The notes: generated from the letters alone by a model not told the origin. A stretch of 64,000 nt of DNA from Candidatus Pacearchaeota archaeon (GCA_038740375.1 JAVYLW010000001.1:11530-75529); one strand, 5' to 3'; shown: positions 29,781 to 40,005, counted from the first letter of the stretch. Numbers and translations: made by a program.

Positions 29781-30413
29781 TTATATTTGATTTTCATTTA
29801 AATAATAATCATCAAATTTTTTATCTTTTTTATTTTTCATTTTTTTTGATTTTAATAACTCTTGCTTGATTTCATCAGGTATATAAACTCTTTTTTTATT
29901 ATTCTCACATATTATTTCTTCTATCAATCCTTCACTTTTTTGCCTTATAGCATTTATTTGACCTCTAATTGTCGCAGTTTTTTTACCGAGCATAGACGCT
30001 AAGTCTTCATAAGAAAGTTTCATATCAGAATTTAATAAAACAAATACAATAGCACGTTCAGTTATAGATAAATTATTCAAAAAAGCTGTTTGAACATCTG
30101 TTTGAACATTGTTTAAAACATCATTTTTAACTGTTTGTTTAGAAAACAATGTTTGTCGCTGTTTAATAAACGGTCTATTAAAAAGAAATTGAAGTTTATT
30201 TCTAATTTCCTCTATTTCTTCATTTATTCTCGACAAATTTTCTTGAACTTCATAAATTTGATATTTTAGATTTGAATTTTCGGTGTTTAAATGTTTAATC
30301 CAACTATTAAGTTTGTTTATATCTGATTTAGCGCTGTTGAAACCTGTTTGAACAGCTTGTTTTAATAAATCTAATTCCTTTTTTTCAGCTTTTTTTCTAA
30401 AAAATCCAAACAT
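29781..30413 (-). CDS. coiled-coil protein with C-terminal HTH domain (paralogous architecture to 28370..29239)
   Basis: 210 aa. N-terminus MFGFFRKKAEKKELDLLKQAVQ, coiled coil, C-terminal LSITERAIVFVLLNSDMKLSYEDLASMLGKKTATIRGQINAIRQK HTH. Confidence 0.5.
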   Translation of the reverse strand: MFGFFRKKAEKKELDLLKQAVQTGFNSAKSDINKLNSWIKHLNTENSNLKYQIYEVQENLSRINEEIEEIRNKLQFLFNRPFIKQRQTLFSKQTVKNDVLNNVQTDVQTAFLNNLSITERAIVFVLLNSDMKLSYEDLASMLGKKTATIRGQINAIRQKSEGLIEEIICENNKKRVYIPDEIKQELLKSKKMKNKKDKKFDDYYLNENQI

Positions 30414-30738
30414 ATTATAATTTTATTATTTTCTATTTATAAATTTTACTGTTTTTATTCTTGTTTAAATATATTAATAAATGATTATCGTCGATAAAAA
30501 ACACAAAAAAATTCAGATTCTTAAAATACATTTTTTATTTAAAACAAAAATCTATCTAAATTTTAGCTGTTTAAAACTGTTTAAACAGTTAAAATTATAA
30601 AAATTATTCTTTTATTTTTTTAATTTATTTATAAAAATAATAAAAAAATAAACATATTTTTTGACATTTTTTATATTTTAGAGATATTCAAAAATATATT
30701 CTATAAATTATAAAAAAATAATTTAAAAGTTTAATAGT

Positions 30739-30790
30739 AAATTAGCTAAAAATTAGCTAAAAATTAATCAAAAATTAGCTAAAAATTAAA
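30739..30790. repeat. 12-bp tandem repeat (AAAATTAGCTAA) x about 4 containing the palindrome TAGCTA
   Basis: AAATTAGCTAAAAATTAGCTAAAAATTAATCAAAAATTAGCTAAAAATTAAA. Three perfect units and one degenerate unit, about 120 bp upstream of ORF 30908. Confidence 0.75.
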
Positions 30791-30907
30791 TAAAATTATT
30801 ATTTTAAAAATCTTAATATAATAAAAATTGTAAAATAGTAATATTTATAAATAAAAATGTTTTTTTGGAATTACTACAAATATCTAAAATAGGTTAAAAA
30901 TAATAAA

Positions 30908-31204
30908 ATGAAACAACAAAATGTAAAAAATAATATATCAAAATCCTTAAAATTAGGATTATTAGCAGGTTTAGTTATAACTATATTTTCTTTTTTAATA
31001 AAATTAGTTCCATGTATTAAAAAATCAGGTTTTAATTTTTGCACTTTGCCAAGTCCTTTTAAAAATTTAGAATCTTTAAATGAAAAATACTACGGTATCT
31101 CTAATAATCCTTTATCAGGTTTATTATTACAGTTTATTATACCCTCCATATTAGTTTTTTTTATAATATTTAGTATAGGAAAAAAACTGAGAAGTAATAA
31201 TTAA
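30908..31204 (+). CDS. small membrane protein, hypothetical
   Basis: 98 aa with two hydrophobic helices. Confidence 0.4.
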   Translation: MKQQNVKNNISKSLKLGLLAGLVITIFSFLIKLVPCIKKSGFNFCTLPSPFKNLESLNEKYYGISNNPLSGLLLQFIIPSILVFFIIFSIGKKLRSNN

Positions 31205-31519
31205 TGTCTTAAACATATTCATTAATATAAAATTTATAATATTAATTTAGAGGGTGAAAAAGAGGGTGTATATTCTTTCTGGGGAAAAGAGGTATTTTTA
31301 ATTATAAAATATATTATTAAAAAAAATAAGGTGTTATTTTCAGACCCATCATCAAGGAAATATCTTTTTTGTTTAACCTCGACTCATAAAAATACTTGTT
31401 AGTATAAAAATTAAACTAAAATTTTATTTAAGTAGAGTTTTATAAATGTTGATATAATACAATAATAAGATTTAAAAATTACATAGATTTGATAATTATT
31501 AAAAAAGGTAAAAGAGATT

Positions 31520-31861
31520 ATGAGAAAGAAATTATCTGAAATAGTCTCTGTTGATGAAAATAAAATTGGAAATAAAATTAATTATTTTAATTATAACTAT
31601 AACTTAAAAGAACCAAAAATTACTAAAAATCCTGATACCATACCTGAAGTTCCTATATGGACAAAAAGAATAAGAAATACTTTTGATTATGGATGTCTTA
31701 CAATTCTTATATTATCATTAACAACCTATTGTGGCTATCAGGGTTTAAATACAATTATTAAAATAGCAAAACCTACTGTTAAACCTGCTATAGACGAAAC
31801 TTATAATTTTTTTGTTGATACTTATGATAAAATAAAAGAATCAATTGAAAATTTAATATAA
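31520..31861 (+). CDS. hypothetical protein with one TM segment
   Basis: 113 aa ORF. Hydrophobic stretch CLTILILSLTTYCGY. Confidence 0.4.
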   Translation: MRKKLSEIVSVDENKIGNKINYFNYNYNLKEPKITKNPDTIPEVPIWTKRIRNTFDYGCLTILILSLTTYCGYQGLNTIIKIAKPTVKPAIDETYNFFVDTYDKIKESIENLI

Positions 31862-32940
31862 ATTAATATTTCTTTATTTTCTTTATATGCATGTAAAAAA
31901 TAAAAAAATAAGTTAAAAGTTTTAATAAAAAATTAAAACTTTTAGAATAATTAAAAAAATATTTTGTAGTGTTTAATATTATAATCTTAAAAATATTGTA
32001 GTTAGTAAAAATAAAATAAAACAAAAAAACTTAATGTTTATATGTAATAAAATTAAAATTCATTGATAACAAGAATCACAAAAATCATAAAAAATTTATA
32101 TTTTAAATAGGAGTTAATATATTAATAATCTAAAAATAATAATTATTAAATTAAAATATTCTATTAACATTATTCTTTTAAAATAATAAATATGATCTTT
32201 AATTAATAAAAAATTATCAAAATTTAACTTTAATTTCAAAATGAATCTTTTTTTGCAAAACAAATTATTTCTCAATTCTTCTTCTTTATCATATAAAATT
32301 AATTATTTTTAATGGATATAGCTTGAATTAATAAATATATACTCAATTAATAAATTAAAAGTTACTAATGTTTCTAAATTTATCATTATTTTTTTAATCT
32401 AAATAGTCTACTCTAAAAATATAAAATTTTTAGATAAAAAAGTTCTTACAATATATCTTATGCGAACCGATATAATTCAAGAAATCATATCTAAAACTTT
32501 TAATTATTTATTAAAAGTTTTTACATAAATATGTAGTGTTAAAATTATTAAATTTTAGGCTTTTGTAGTATCTAAAAAAATAAATTTTTCTATTTTTTAA
32601 ATACTGCCTATCTCTAGGTTTTTATATAAATAATAGGCAAATAAGAAGATTAAATATCCAAAAATTCCTCCAGGCCTTATATTTCCTAAGGGATTTGTAA
32701 GTTTTTCAAATAAACTTTTTAATCTTTCATTATCTTTGGTATTTTCTTTATAATTTTTCATTATATATAATAAAAGAATATAATGTTTTTATTTAATCAT
32801 TAAAAAAATAAATTAAGTTATTTTTTTGATCATACTTATTTTAATAAAGAATTCTGAGATTTTTAAAGCTTTTCTTAATGTTAAAATATTTAAGCAAAAA
32901 CAAAAACTTTTACATTTTTAAAAAATTTTATAATTAATAT

Positions 32941-33213
32941 TCATAATCCAAAATTTTTAATAAAATCTTCGATTATCCTATATTCTTGTAAAAATTCATA
33001 ACCTTTTTTAGTTAGAATAAATGTTTTTTTTCCATTATCATCACTTTCTAATTTAATAAAGTCTTTTTTCATTAATTCATCTATATATTCCTTAAACATT
33101 TGAGGACTTAAATTAGAGGCATAAAGCAGTCTAGTAGGTTTTATTCTTCTTCCTTCTCTTATAGAATCTAATATATCTTTTATAACTTCCAGTCTTTCTC
33201 TTTTTCTTACCAT
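32941..33213 (-). CDS. winged-helix transcriptional regulator (small archaeal wHTH family)
   Basis: 90 aa. R..L.VI.DIL..I......PTRLLYASNLS...F..YI..L....FI........TF.LTKKGYEFL pattern. Co-oriented and adjacent to a membrane protein gene. Confidence 0.6.
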   Translation of the reverse strand: MVRKRERLEVIKDILDSIREGRRIKPTRLLYASNLSPQMFKEYIDELMKKDFIKLESDDNGKKTFILTKKGYEFLQEYRIIEDFIKNFGL

Positions 33214-33219
33214 TTTATT

Positions 33220-33915
33220 TTATATTGTAGATTTTTTAGTTATTCTAATAACTCCATATAAAAATAATAGAAAAACAATTATATTCAATGCGTAGATCTC
33301 AATCAACAAAATCTTACTCCAATTAAAATATAAAGGAGCCATTGAATTTAATATCCAAGTAATAAAAGCTATTATCATAGCTATAAAATAAAATTTTGGG
33401 AACATACTTTTCCCTTTATCTTTTTTAAAATTGTGATAAGTTATAAGAATAAGACATGCAAATAATAATATTTGTGAAAAGAATAAGAAATAATAAACTT
33501 TCCAAATATAATCTAATATTGCAATAGAAAATGCCATAATATAAAATACTAAAGACTTAAAGCTTAATAAAGAACTGAGATTATCCTGAGATGTTTTTAA
33601 TCTTTTCCACAAAAGACTATAAAATAAGAAGAATCCGCCCATTATTAAAAAAAACTCAAATAATATTTTTATTATTGAATTATAATTTGCATCAATGGTT
33701 GAAAAAAATTCAATTCCGCCAAATATATACCTTATTACAAACGCAATTCCATAAAACATAAACGCATTCCTGAAATATCTTATTCCTTCATGTTTGCTAA
33801 AGTGGTAAAGTTTATGTGTTTTCAAAACAATTATTAGGCATATAGTTCCTATTAAGACTCCGTATATTATTTTAAGAATTTCTTTATTATTTATTATCCA
33901 TTCATACCCGTACAT
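33220..33915 (-). CDS. polytopic membrane protein (about 7 TM), hypothetical
   Basis: 231 aa, highly hydrophobic, no soluble domain. 7-nt gap to the upstream wHTH gene. Confidence 0.5.
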   Translation of the reverse strand: MYGYEWIINNKEILKIIYGVLIGTICLIIVLKTHKLYHFSKHEGIRYFRNAFMFYGIAFVIRYIFGGIEFFSTIDANYNSIIKILFEFFLIMGGFFLFYSLLWKRLKTSQDNLSSLLSFKSLVFYIMAFSIAILDYIWKVYYFLFFSQILLFACLILITYHNFKKDKGKSMFPKFYFIAMIIAFITWILNSMAPLYFNWSKILLIEIYALNIIVFLLFLYGVIRITKKSTI

Positions 33916-34550
33916 GCCTCTATAATTTTTTTTTCTTATTTAAATATTTATATTTAAGGATATAGATGATTTGTATATATTTTATTTATGGATTTTTATT
34001 TCTTACGCTTTATAAATATGTATATATTTAGGAATATAACATGAAAAGAGTTAAAATATTTTCATTAAAATATTCTTTTTTGATGCAGGAAGCTATTTTC
34101 TTTTGCCCTAGCGGGCAATCTCATACTCTTTCTAAAAATTTTAAAAAGATACCCTCTTTTTTCTTACACCATCTAAAATAAGTTATGTCTAAAACTTTTT
34201 TATGTTTAACCAAAAATCCTGAAAAAATCAGGATTTTTGGGAATATTTTTCCTATTTAAAACGTTTTATAAAAGAATATATTAATTAAGTCTGCGTAATA
34301 AATAAATTAAGAAAAGTTTAAACAACCAACGTTTAAACATTAAACAAACATTGTTTAAACAATAAAATTAATTTAAAATTTTTGTATCAATTTTATAAAT
34401 TTATATTAATATTTCTTAATTCTTTTTTATTTTTTTAAAATCTCTAGCAAGAAATCTTGGCCATTATTTTTAAAGGAAATATGAATTGATTATAATTAAA
34501 AATTCTTGCTAAAATATTTATTTCTCACTCTTTATAAGAACATTCTATTT

Positions 34551-35201
34551 TTAATATGCTATTAAGTCTACTCTCATCTTTTCAAATCTTATAAACTTAG
34601 GATTAACAGAATTGTTAACATGAGCAGAAAGTTCTCTTTTTTCACTTAAATCATAAACTTTGAATATGATTTTATCACCTATATTAGCACCATCTTTTTC
34701 AAAAGTTGTAGGGTCATTTTCATAAACACGTAAGAATCCATATTTTCCAGTTTCTTTTACTATAAATATTCCAAGAAAAGTTTCATTAACATCAAAAGCA
34801 GCTATTTTATCTCCTATTTCAGCAGGTTTACCGTTAATTTTTATTTCTCCATAAAAATTCATCCAAGAATGAGTAGGATCTTTAGATTTATAACTTATCC
34901 ATTTAGGTAATTCTTTTATTTCATTCTTGGATTGTCGTATTTCTTCATTCATATCATAAATATCGTAATCGTAATCTAAAATTTCTTTTTCTTTAATATT
35001 CTGAGCACCTACTATTAATTTATTAACGTTTTCGTTATTATTCAAATTTTCATTTCTTTCAAAATCCTTATTTTCTAGTTCATTTTTACTTAATAATAAC
35101 TCTTTTTTTAATGAATATTTAATAAATAATATAGCTGCAATTAAATTAAAAATTAGAATAAAAGTTATTAGTAATATAATTATATTTTTTTTTGATATCA
35201 T
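34551..35201 (-). CDS. N-terminally anchored extracellular protein, hypothetical
   Basis: 216 aa. TM IIILLITFILIFNLIAAILFI near the N-terminus. Its start abuts the stop of the giant secreted protein (35201/35203). Confidence 0.45.
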   Translation of the reverse strand: MISKKNIIILLITFILIFNLIAAILFIKYSLKKELLLSKNELENKDFERNENLNNNENVNKLIVGAQNIKEKEILDYDYDIYDMNEEIRQSKNEIKELPKWISYKSKDPTHSWMNFYGEIKINGKPAEIGDKIAAFDVNETFLGIFIVKETGKYGFLRVYENDPTTFEKDGANIGDKIIFKVYDLSEKRELSAHVNNSVNPKFIRFEKMRVDLIAY

Positions 35202-35202
35202 T

Positions 35203-38200
35203 TTAACAATTAAATTTAATTTTACTTTGTTTTTTCATTTTTATTATATATCCAAAATTAGGCTTTAAGACTTTTAAATCAGAATATTCAATAAGACTTG
35301 GATCATAAGTTTTAACACCATCATCAATCGTTTCAATACTTTCAATATTTTCTTTTATATTACCAAAAACTTCTTCTATATTTTTTTCATTTTTACAAGG
35401 ATAACTAATAAAATTAATACCTTCTTCAAGAAATATTTCTCTATTTTCTAGTAAAAATCCAGAAATTTCAAATTCGCTTTTTTGATCTGTTTTAATAAGA
35501 TATGCTTTTGGAGGTTCAATCAAAAGAATTTCTTTAAAATCATTTATTTTTGGAAAAAAACTCCAATAGTTTTTTTCCATATAACCTACAAAAACTTTAT
35601 TTATGAAAAAGTCTAAAAAATTTTGAATACTATTATTCTTGAGCAAAATAGGTATTGATATTAAATTCCACCCCTTATTTAGAGAAATTTTTATAGTATC
35701 GTTAATTTCAGTATAAATACAATCTTGCGGACAATTAATTTCATTTTCATCATTTTCACAAACATTGTTAGAATTACATGTTTCATAAACGGGAATTTCT
35801 ATATTTTCAATGATTGCAAATTCTTCTTCTAAAATATTGTTTTCAGAAAAATTAAACAATAACTTATAGTTTCCAGTTTCATTACTCGAAAATTCATAAG
35901 GTAACTCAATTTTTTTATAACTTAAATCAGGTTTTATTATATAGATTTCAGGATTTATTTTTTCATTAGAAATATAATTTAAATAAATTTTTTCTGAAGG
36001 AGAAAAAATTCTAGATTCATTTTCACAATTTAAATCCTCACAAATTTTTATTTCAATGTCTAAATCTTTTAAAGTTTTCTCTACATTAAACTCAATCTTT
36101 TTTTCATCAACAATTTTATCTTCATAAATAATTCTAAAAACTCCAAAATATTTTTCAGAAGGAATATTCTTACCAACTTCCATAACAATGTTTATCTCTT
36201 TTTCTTCTAAAGGTTCAAGGTTAATAATTTCAGAATTTATCTCAGAAATATAACCAGATTCAGAGAATATTTCATATTCTATGCCTATATTATTTTTTTT
36301 ATCTTCATTGTTTTTTAAAATAACTTTTATGACTACGTCTTCATTTGGATAATAGACTTCTTTCTTACTTTGAATCAAATTTATCGAAATATTACTTTTT
36401 TTATTTTCTTCATAACCTTCATAATACTCTTCTTTGTATAAAGGATAATCATTAAAATCAATTCCATTCCAATCAACTTTTTTTAAATTAAGCTTTAAAG
36501 TAGGATCTCCAATCATTAAATAATCTCTTTTATAATTACTAAACTCTTTAATCAATTCTTTATTCATTTCTCCAAGAGTTATATTTGAACTAGTTAATTT
36601 TTTTAAAGAAATAGCTTCAGAATTATCAGAGTAAGATATTCCTACAGCTCCTATATAAGCTATTGCACCTTTTCTAATCATATTTACCCCCATTGTTTTT
36701 TCAAAACCTTCCCAAAAATTATTAGTAGAACAAGCATGAGAAAAAACATAGCTTAAATGAAGTTCAGGAACTTCTTTGTATTTTATTGTTTCATACCATC
36801 CGCTTGGATAACCATGATCTCCAAATATAATAAACTGTTTTTTAGAATAGTCGCTTAATGGAACTTTTGCAGAATTTACGCATCCTTCTTTCAAAATTCC
36901 AGTGTAACATTTAATATCATATAAAGAACTTTTTGTAGCATCATATATTTTTTTTACATTTTCAGAATATCTCTTAAACGAATGACCTATAGCAAGTCCA
37001 GAAGAATAATCTTTATACAAATTATCTGAAATTTTATCATAAAAAAGATCTCTTGAAATATAAGAACTAACATCGCTTATAGATATTCCATAAATTCTTC
37101 CAAAATTAATTGTTCTATTATTTATAGTGGCATACTTGAAATCTAAAGAATCTCTAAACTGACCTCCTGTTTCATGACATTTTCTAAATAAAGAATCAGG
37201 TATTGAATTAGGACTAGCAAATATCGTAATATATTCGGCATTTATTCCTAATTCATTTATTTGTTTTTCTATTAAATTATCCGCCTTATAGAAATTATCT
37301 ATACTATCCTGATTTAAAGAACATTTTGAATCTTCAATTGATTCGTTTATTTTGGTAAATATAATTATTTCTTTTTTCGCACTAGCTAAAAAAATACTTG
37401 CAATTGAATTTTTACTATAAACATATTTTATTTTTGAACTTTTTTTTGTAGAAAAATCTTTATTTAATTTAAATTCAATATCATTAGGATTAACAACAAT
37501 TATTTTATCAGTGTTTGTTTGTTTAATATACTCTTTTTGAAGATCAAAAGTAGTATAAATATTTACTTTTTTTGCAATTTTTTTAATATTTTCAATTTTT
37601 TCTTTTGAAATATTTCCAACAATAAAGACGTCTTTGTCCTTTAATATTCCATAATCTAATTCGTTTTCAAATATTAGAGGAGAATTTTTGTAAGATGCAA
37701 ATAATGAGCTTATTAAACCAGTTTCGTAATTTTCTTCTGATAATACAACAGAATTAAAATTTTCCCAATAAGAAAAATAATCATTAATACTAATTTTTTT
37801 TATTTGTTCATCAGATAGTTCAGCCCCTAGGTTTTTTTTAGAAATTAGAAGTTTATCTAATTTTTTTGGAGTTTCTCCAAAAATAGTTACACGTGTAGGA
37901 GAATAATCTTGAATAAACTGTATTATAGAATCTGCATCAAATTTGTTACTTTCCTTATGATAAATTAAAGTTGGAAATTTTTTTATTTCATATTCCTCGG
38001 TATTTCTATTATATTGGTTCCAAATTGAAATGGGAACTATTTTTAAAACAGTTTTCCAATCCTCATCTGAAACTAAAAAAATTTCTCTTTCAGAATATCT
38101 ATCTTTGTTTTTTTCAAATATTTGAAAATAAGTTTGACATTTTTTTTCTTTATTACAAAAGTTAGATTCACAATCAGAATCAAATAAACAATTTTTATTA

Positions 38201-38643
38201 TTTGGACATTTTGGACATTTTTCTCCACCACAATCAATATCGCTTTCTCCATCATCTAACAAACCATTCTCACATTTATTAGGTATAGTTGAAAAATATC
38301 CTTTGACAAAATCTTTTAAATTTTCATCATAAACTGAAATATAATAATTTCCAAATAAATATTTATCAACATAAAAAATAGCCGTTCTAGGTTCTGAACA
38401 TTTAAAATTAGAGCAATTTTCAAATATTATCAAATTTCCTATTCTTTCTCCTGTTTTAGCATTAAATATTGCTCCTACAGAGTCCATTGGTTTTCCATTA
38501 GGTATTATTGTAACTTTAGCAAAACTTCCTCTTTCAACAGGATTAGGGCTAATAATAACTTGACCAATTGCATAAGTAATAGGAATTGATATAATTGTTA
38601 GAATTAATCCAAATATCAAATATAAAAAGATTCTAAATGTCAT
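35203..38643 (-). CDS. giant secreted Cys-rich protein with possible clan-CD (gingipain/clostripain-like) cysteine peptidase domain
   Basis: 1146 aa. Signal peptide and Cys-knot-like segments (CENGLLDDGESDIDCGGEKCPKCP...). Candidate His/Cys dyad in GDHGYPSGW ... FSHACSTNNFW with about 27-aa spacing. Confidence 0.5.
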   Translation of the reverse strand: MTFRIFLYLIFGLILTIISIPITYAIGQVIISPNPVERGSFAKVTIIPNGKPMDSVGAIFNAKTGERIGNLIIFENCSNFKCSEPRTAIFYVDKYLFGNYYISVYDENLKDFVKGYFSTIPNKCENGLLDDGESDIDCGGEKCPKCPNNKNCLFDSDCESNFCNKEKKCQTYFQIFEKNKDRYSEREIFLVSDEDWKTVLKIVPISIWNQYNRNTEEYEIKKFPTLIYHKESNKFDADSIIQFIQDYSPTRVTIFGETPKKLDKLLISKKNLGAELSDEQIKKISINDYFSYWENFNSVVLSEENYETGLISSLFASYKNSPLIFENELDYGILKDKDVFIVGNISKEKIENIKKIAKKVNIYTTFDLQKEYIKQTNTDKIIVVNPNDIEFKLNKDFSTKKSSKIKYVYSKNSIASIFLASAKKEIIIFTKINESIEDSKCSLNQDSIDNFYKADNLIEKQINELGINAEYITIFASPNSIPDSLFRKCHETGGQFRDSLDFKYATINNRTINFGRIYGISISDVSSYISRDLFYDKISDNLYKDYSSGLAIGHSFKRYSENVKKIYDATKSSLYDIKCYTGILKEGCVNSAKVPLSDYSKKQFIIFGDHGYPSGWYETIKYKEVPELHLSYVFSHACSTNNFWEGFEKTMGVNMIRKGAIAYIGAVGISYSDNSEAISLKKLTSSNITLGEMNKELIKEFSNYKRDYLMIGDPTLKLNLKKVDWNGIDFNDYPLYKEEYYEGYEENKKSNISINLIQSKKEVYYPNEDVVIKVILKNNEDKKNNIGIEYEIFSESGYISEINSEIINLEPLEEKEINIVMEVGKNIPSEKYFGVFRIIYEDKIVDEKKIEFNVEKTLKDLDIEIKICEDLNCENESRIFSPSEKIYLNYISNEKINPEIYIIKPDLSYKKIELPYEFSSNETGNYKLLFNFSENNILEEEFAIIENIEIPVYETCNSNNVCENDENEINCPQDCIYTEINDTIKISLNKGWNLISIPILLKNNSIQNFLDFFINKVFVGYMEKNYWSFFPKINDFKEILLIEPPKAYLIKTDQKSEFEISGFLLENREIFLEEGINFISYPCKNEKNIEEVFGNIKENIESIETIDDGVKTYDPSLIEYSDLKVLKPNFGYIIKMKKQSKIKFNC

Positions 38644-38880
38644 TTTGATAAATCTATCTTTTTAAAATCGTTTAAAACATTTTCTTATAAAATGTTTAAC
38701 TATATAGTAGTAAAAATATAACATAAAAATAATATTAAATTTGCAAAAATATAACTTATAAAAATAACTTAATTTTTTAGTTAAGAATTTACTATATTAT
38801 TTATACCTTTTTACCCATTTTAATGTTATCGCTTATAAAGACAATAGCTTTTTTCACTCATATATAAAAATTGAATGCAA

Positions 38881-40005
38881 TTATAAATTTATGTTTTTAT
38901 AAGTTCTATCAAGTCTTTTAAGCAGGTAAACTTTATCTTTTTTACCTAACTTTGCATCTTTTATTGTAGATTTTAAAAAATCAATACTTTCATTGTATCT
39001 TTTTTGATCAACAGGCTCAGGCCATCCATCTTTTCCTCCATGAGTAAATGCGAATTTTACAGGATCTTTCCAGGAAATAGTAGTTCCATAAACTAAATGC
39101 GATATCATTGCAAGTGCCCGAAGATTTTTTGCTCCCATACCTTTTATTAACACAAGTTCTTCATAACTTTGAGGTTGTTTTTCATAAGCTTCAATCATTG
39201 TTTTAAGATTAAAATCTATTTTCGGAAAATGCTCGTTAGACATTTTAAAACTTTTTAATTTTTCAAAATTTGTTAGTGTTGTTTGATATTTAAGATTCTT
39301 AACTTTAAAGTATTTTTTCAAATAATTAGGATTTTCTTTAACTATATTCAAAGAGGTTTCTCTGGTATTTTCTACTTCTTTTGCAGTTAAATTAAATGTT
39401 TTAACAATTTTATTACACACAATTGCTTTATGAGGCTCATTAACAAAACTAGACAAATTTTCAGATATCCAATGATATCTACGTGCTAATTTTAAATCTT
39501 CTGACATTCCTTGTTGAATTATTGCCCAATTTCTTTTTGTAAAAAAGAAGCTGTGATGATAGAGCTGAAAACCGTCTTGTACAAGATTATTATCTACTTT
39601 TGCAGAAAGTCTTGAACAATAAATAAGATTTTGTTTTATTATTTCATTTAATGACATTTTATCTCCTATGTCTATTATCTCCTGAGGAGTTTTTTTGGAA
39701 GTTTTACCTTTGCCTCCTGCAAAACCTATTTCAAGTGATAGTCCTAAATCATTTTCCTTTAACGCTTCTTTAAGTGCTGCACATGTTGTTGTAGTAAGTC
39801 CTGAAGAGTGCCAATCAAATCCTAATGCAGAACCAAATGCTTGAAACCAGTAAGGATCACTAATTCTTCTTAAAAATTCATTTTGTCCATATTCATCTAC
39901 AATGAGCTCAACTATTCTTCCAGATAATTTTTTCATTAAGGAGAAAAGCCACGATGGACAATTTCCTCCGTGTAATGGCAAATCAACAATACCTATATTT
40001 TTCAT
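38881..40005 (-). CDS. DUF763-family protein
   Basis: 374 aa. N-terminal DLPLHGGNCPSWLF ... DPYWFQAFGSALGFDWHSSGLTTT signature that I recognise as DUF763. Confidence 0.55.
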   Translation of the reverse strand: MKNIGIVDLPLHGGNCPSWLFSLMKKLSGRIVELIVDEYGQNEFLRRISDPYWFQAFGSALGFDWHSSGLTTTTCAALKEALKENDLGLSLEIGFAGGKGKTSKKTPQEIIDIGDKMSLNEIIKQNLIYCSRLSAKVDNNLVQDGFQLYHHSFFFTKRNWAIIQQGMSEDLKLARRYHWISENLSSFVNEPHKAIVCNKIVKTFNLTAKEVENTRETSLNIVKENPNYLKKYFKVKNLKYQTTLTNFEKLKSFKMSNEHFPKIDFNLKTMIEAYEKQPQSYEELVLIKGMGAKNLRALAMISHLVYGTTISWKDPVKFAFTHGGKDGWPEPVDQKRYNESIDFLKSTIKDAKLGKKDKVYLLKRLDRTYKNINL

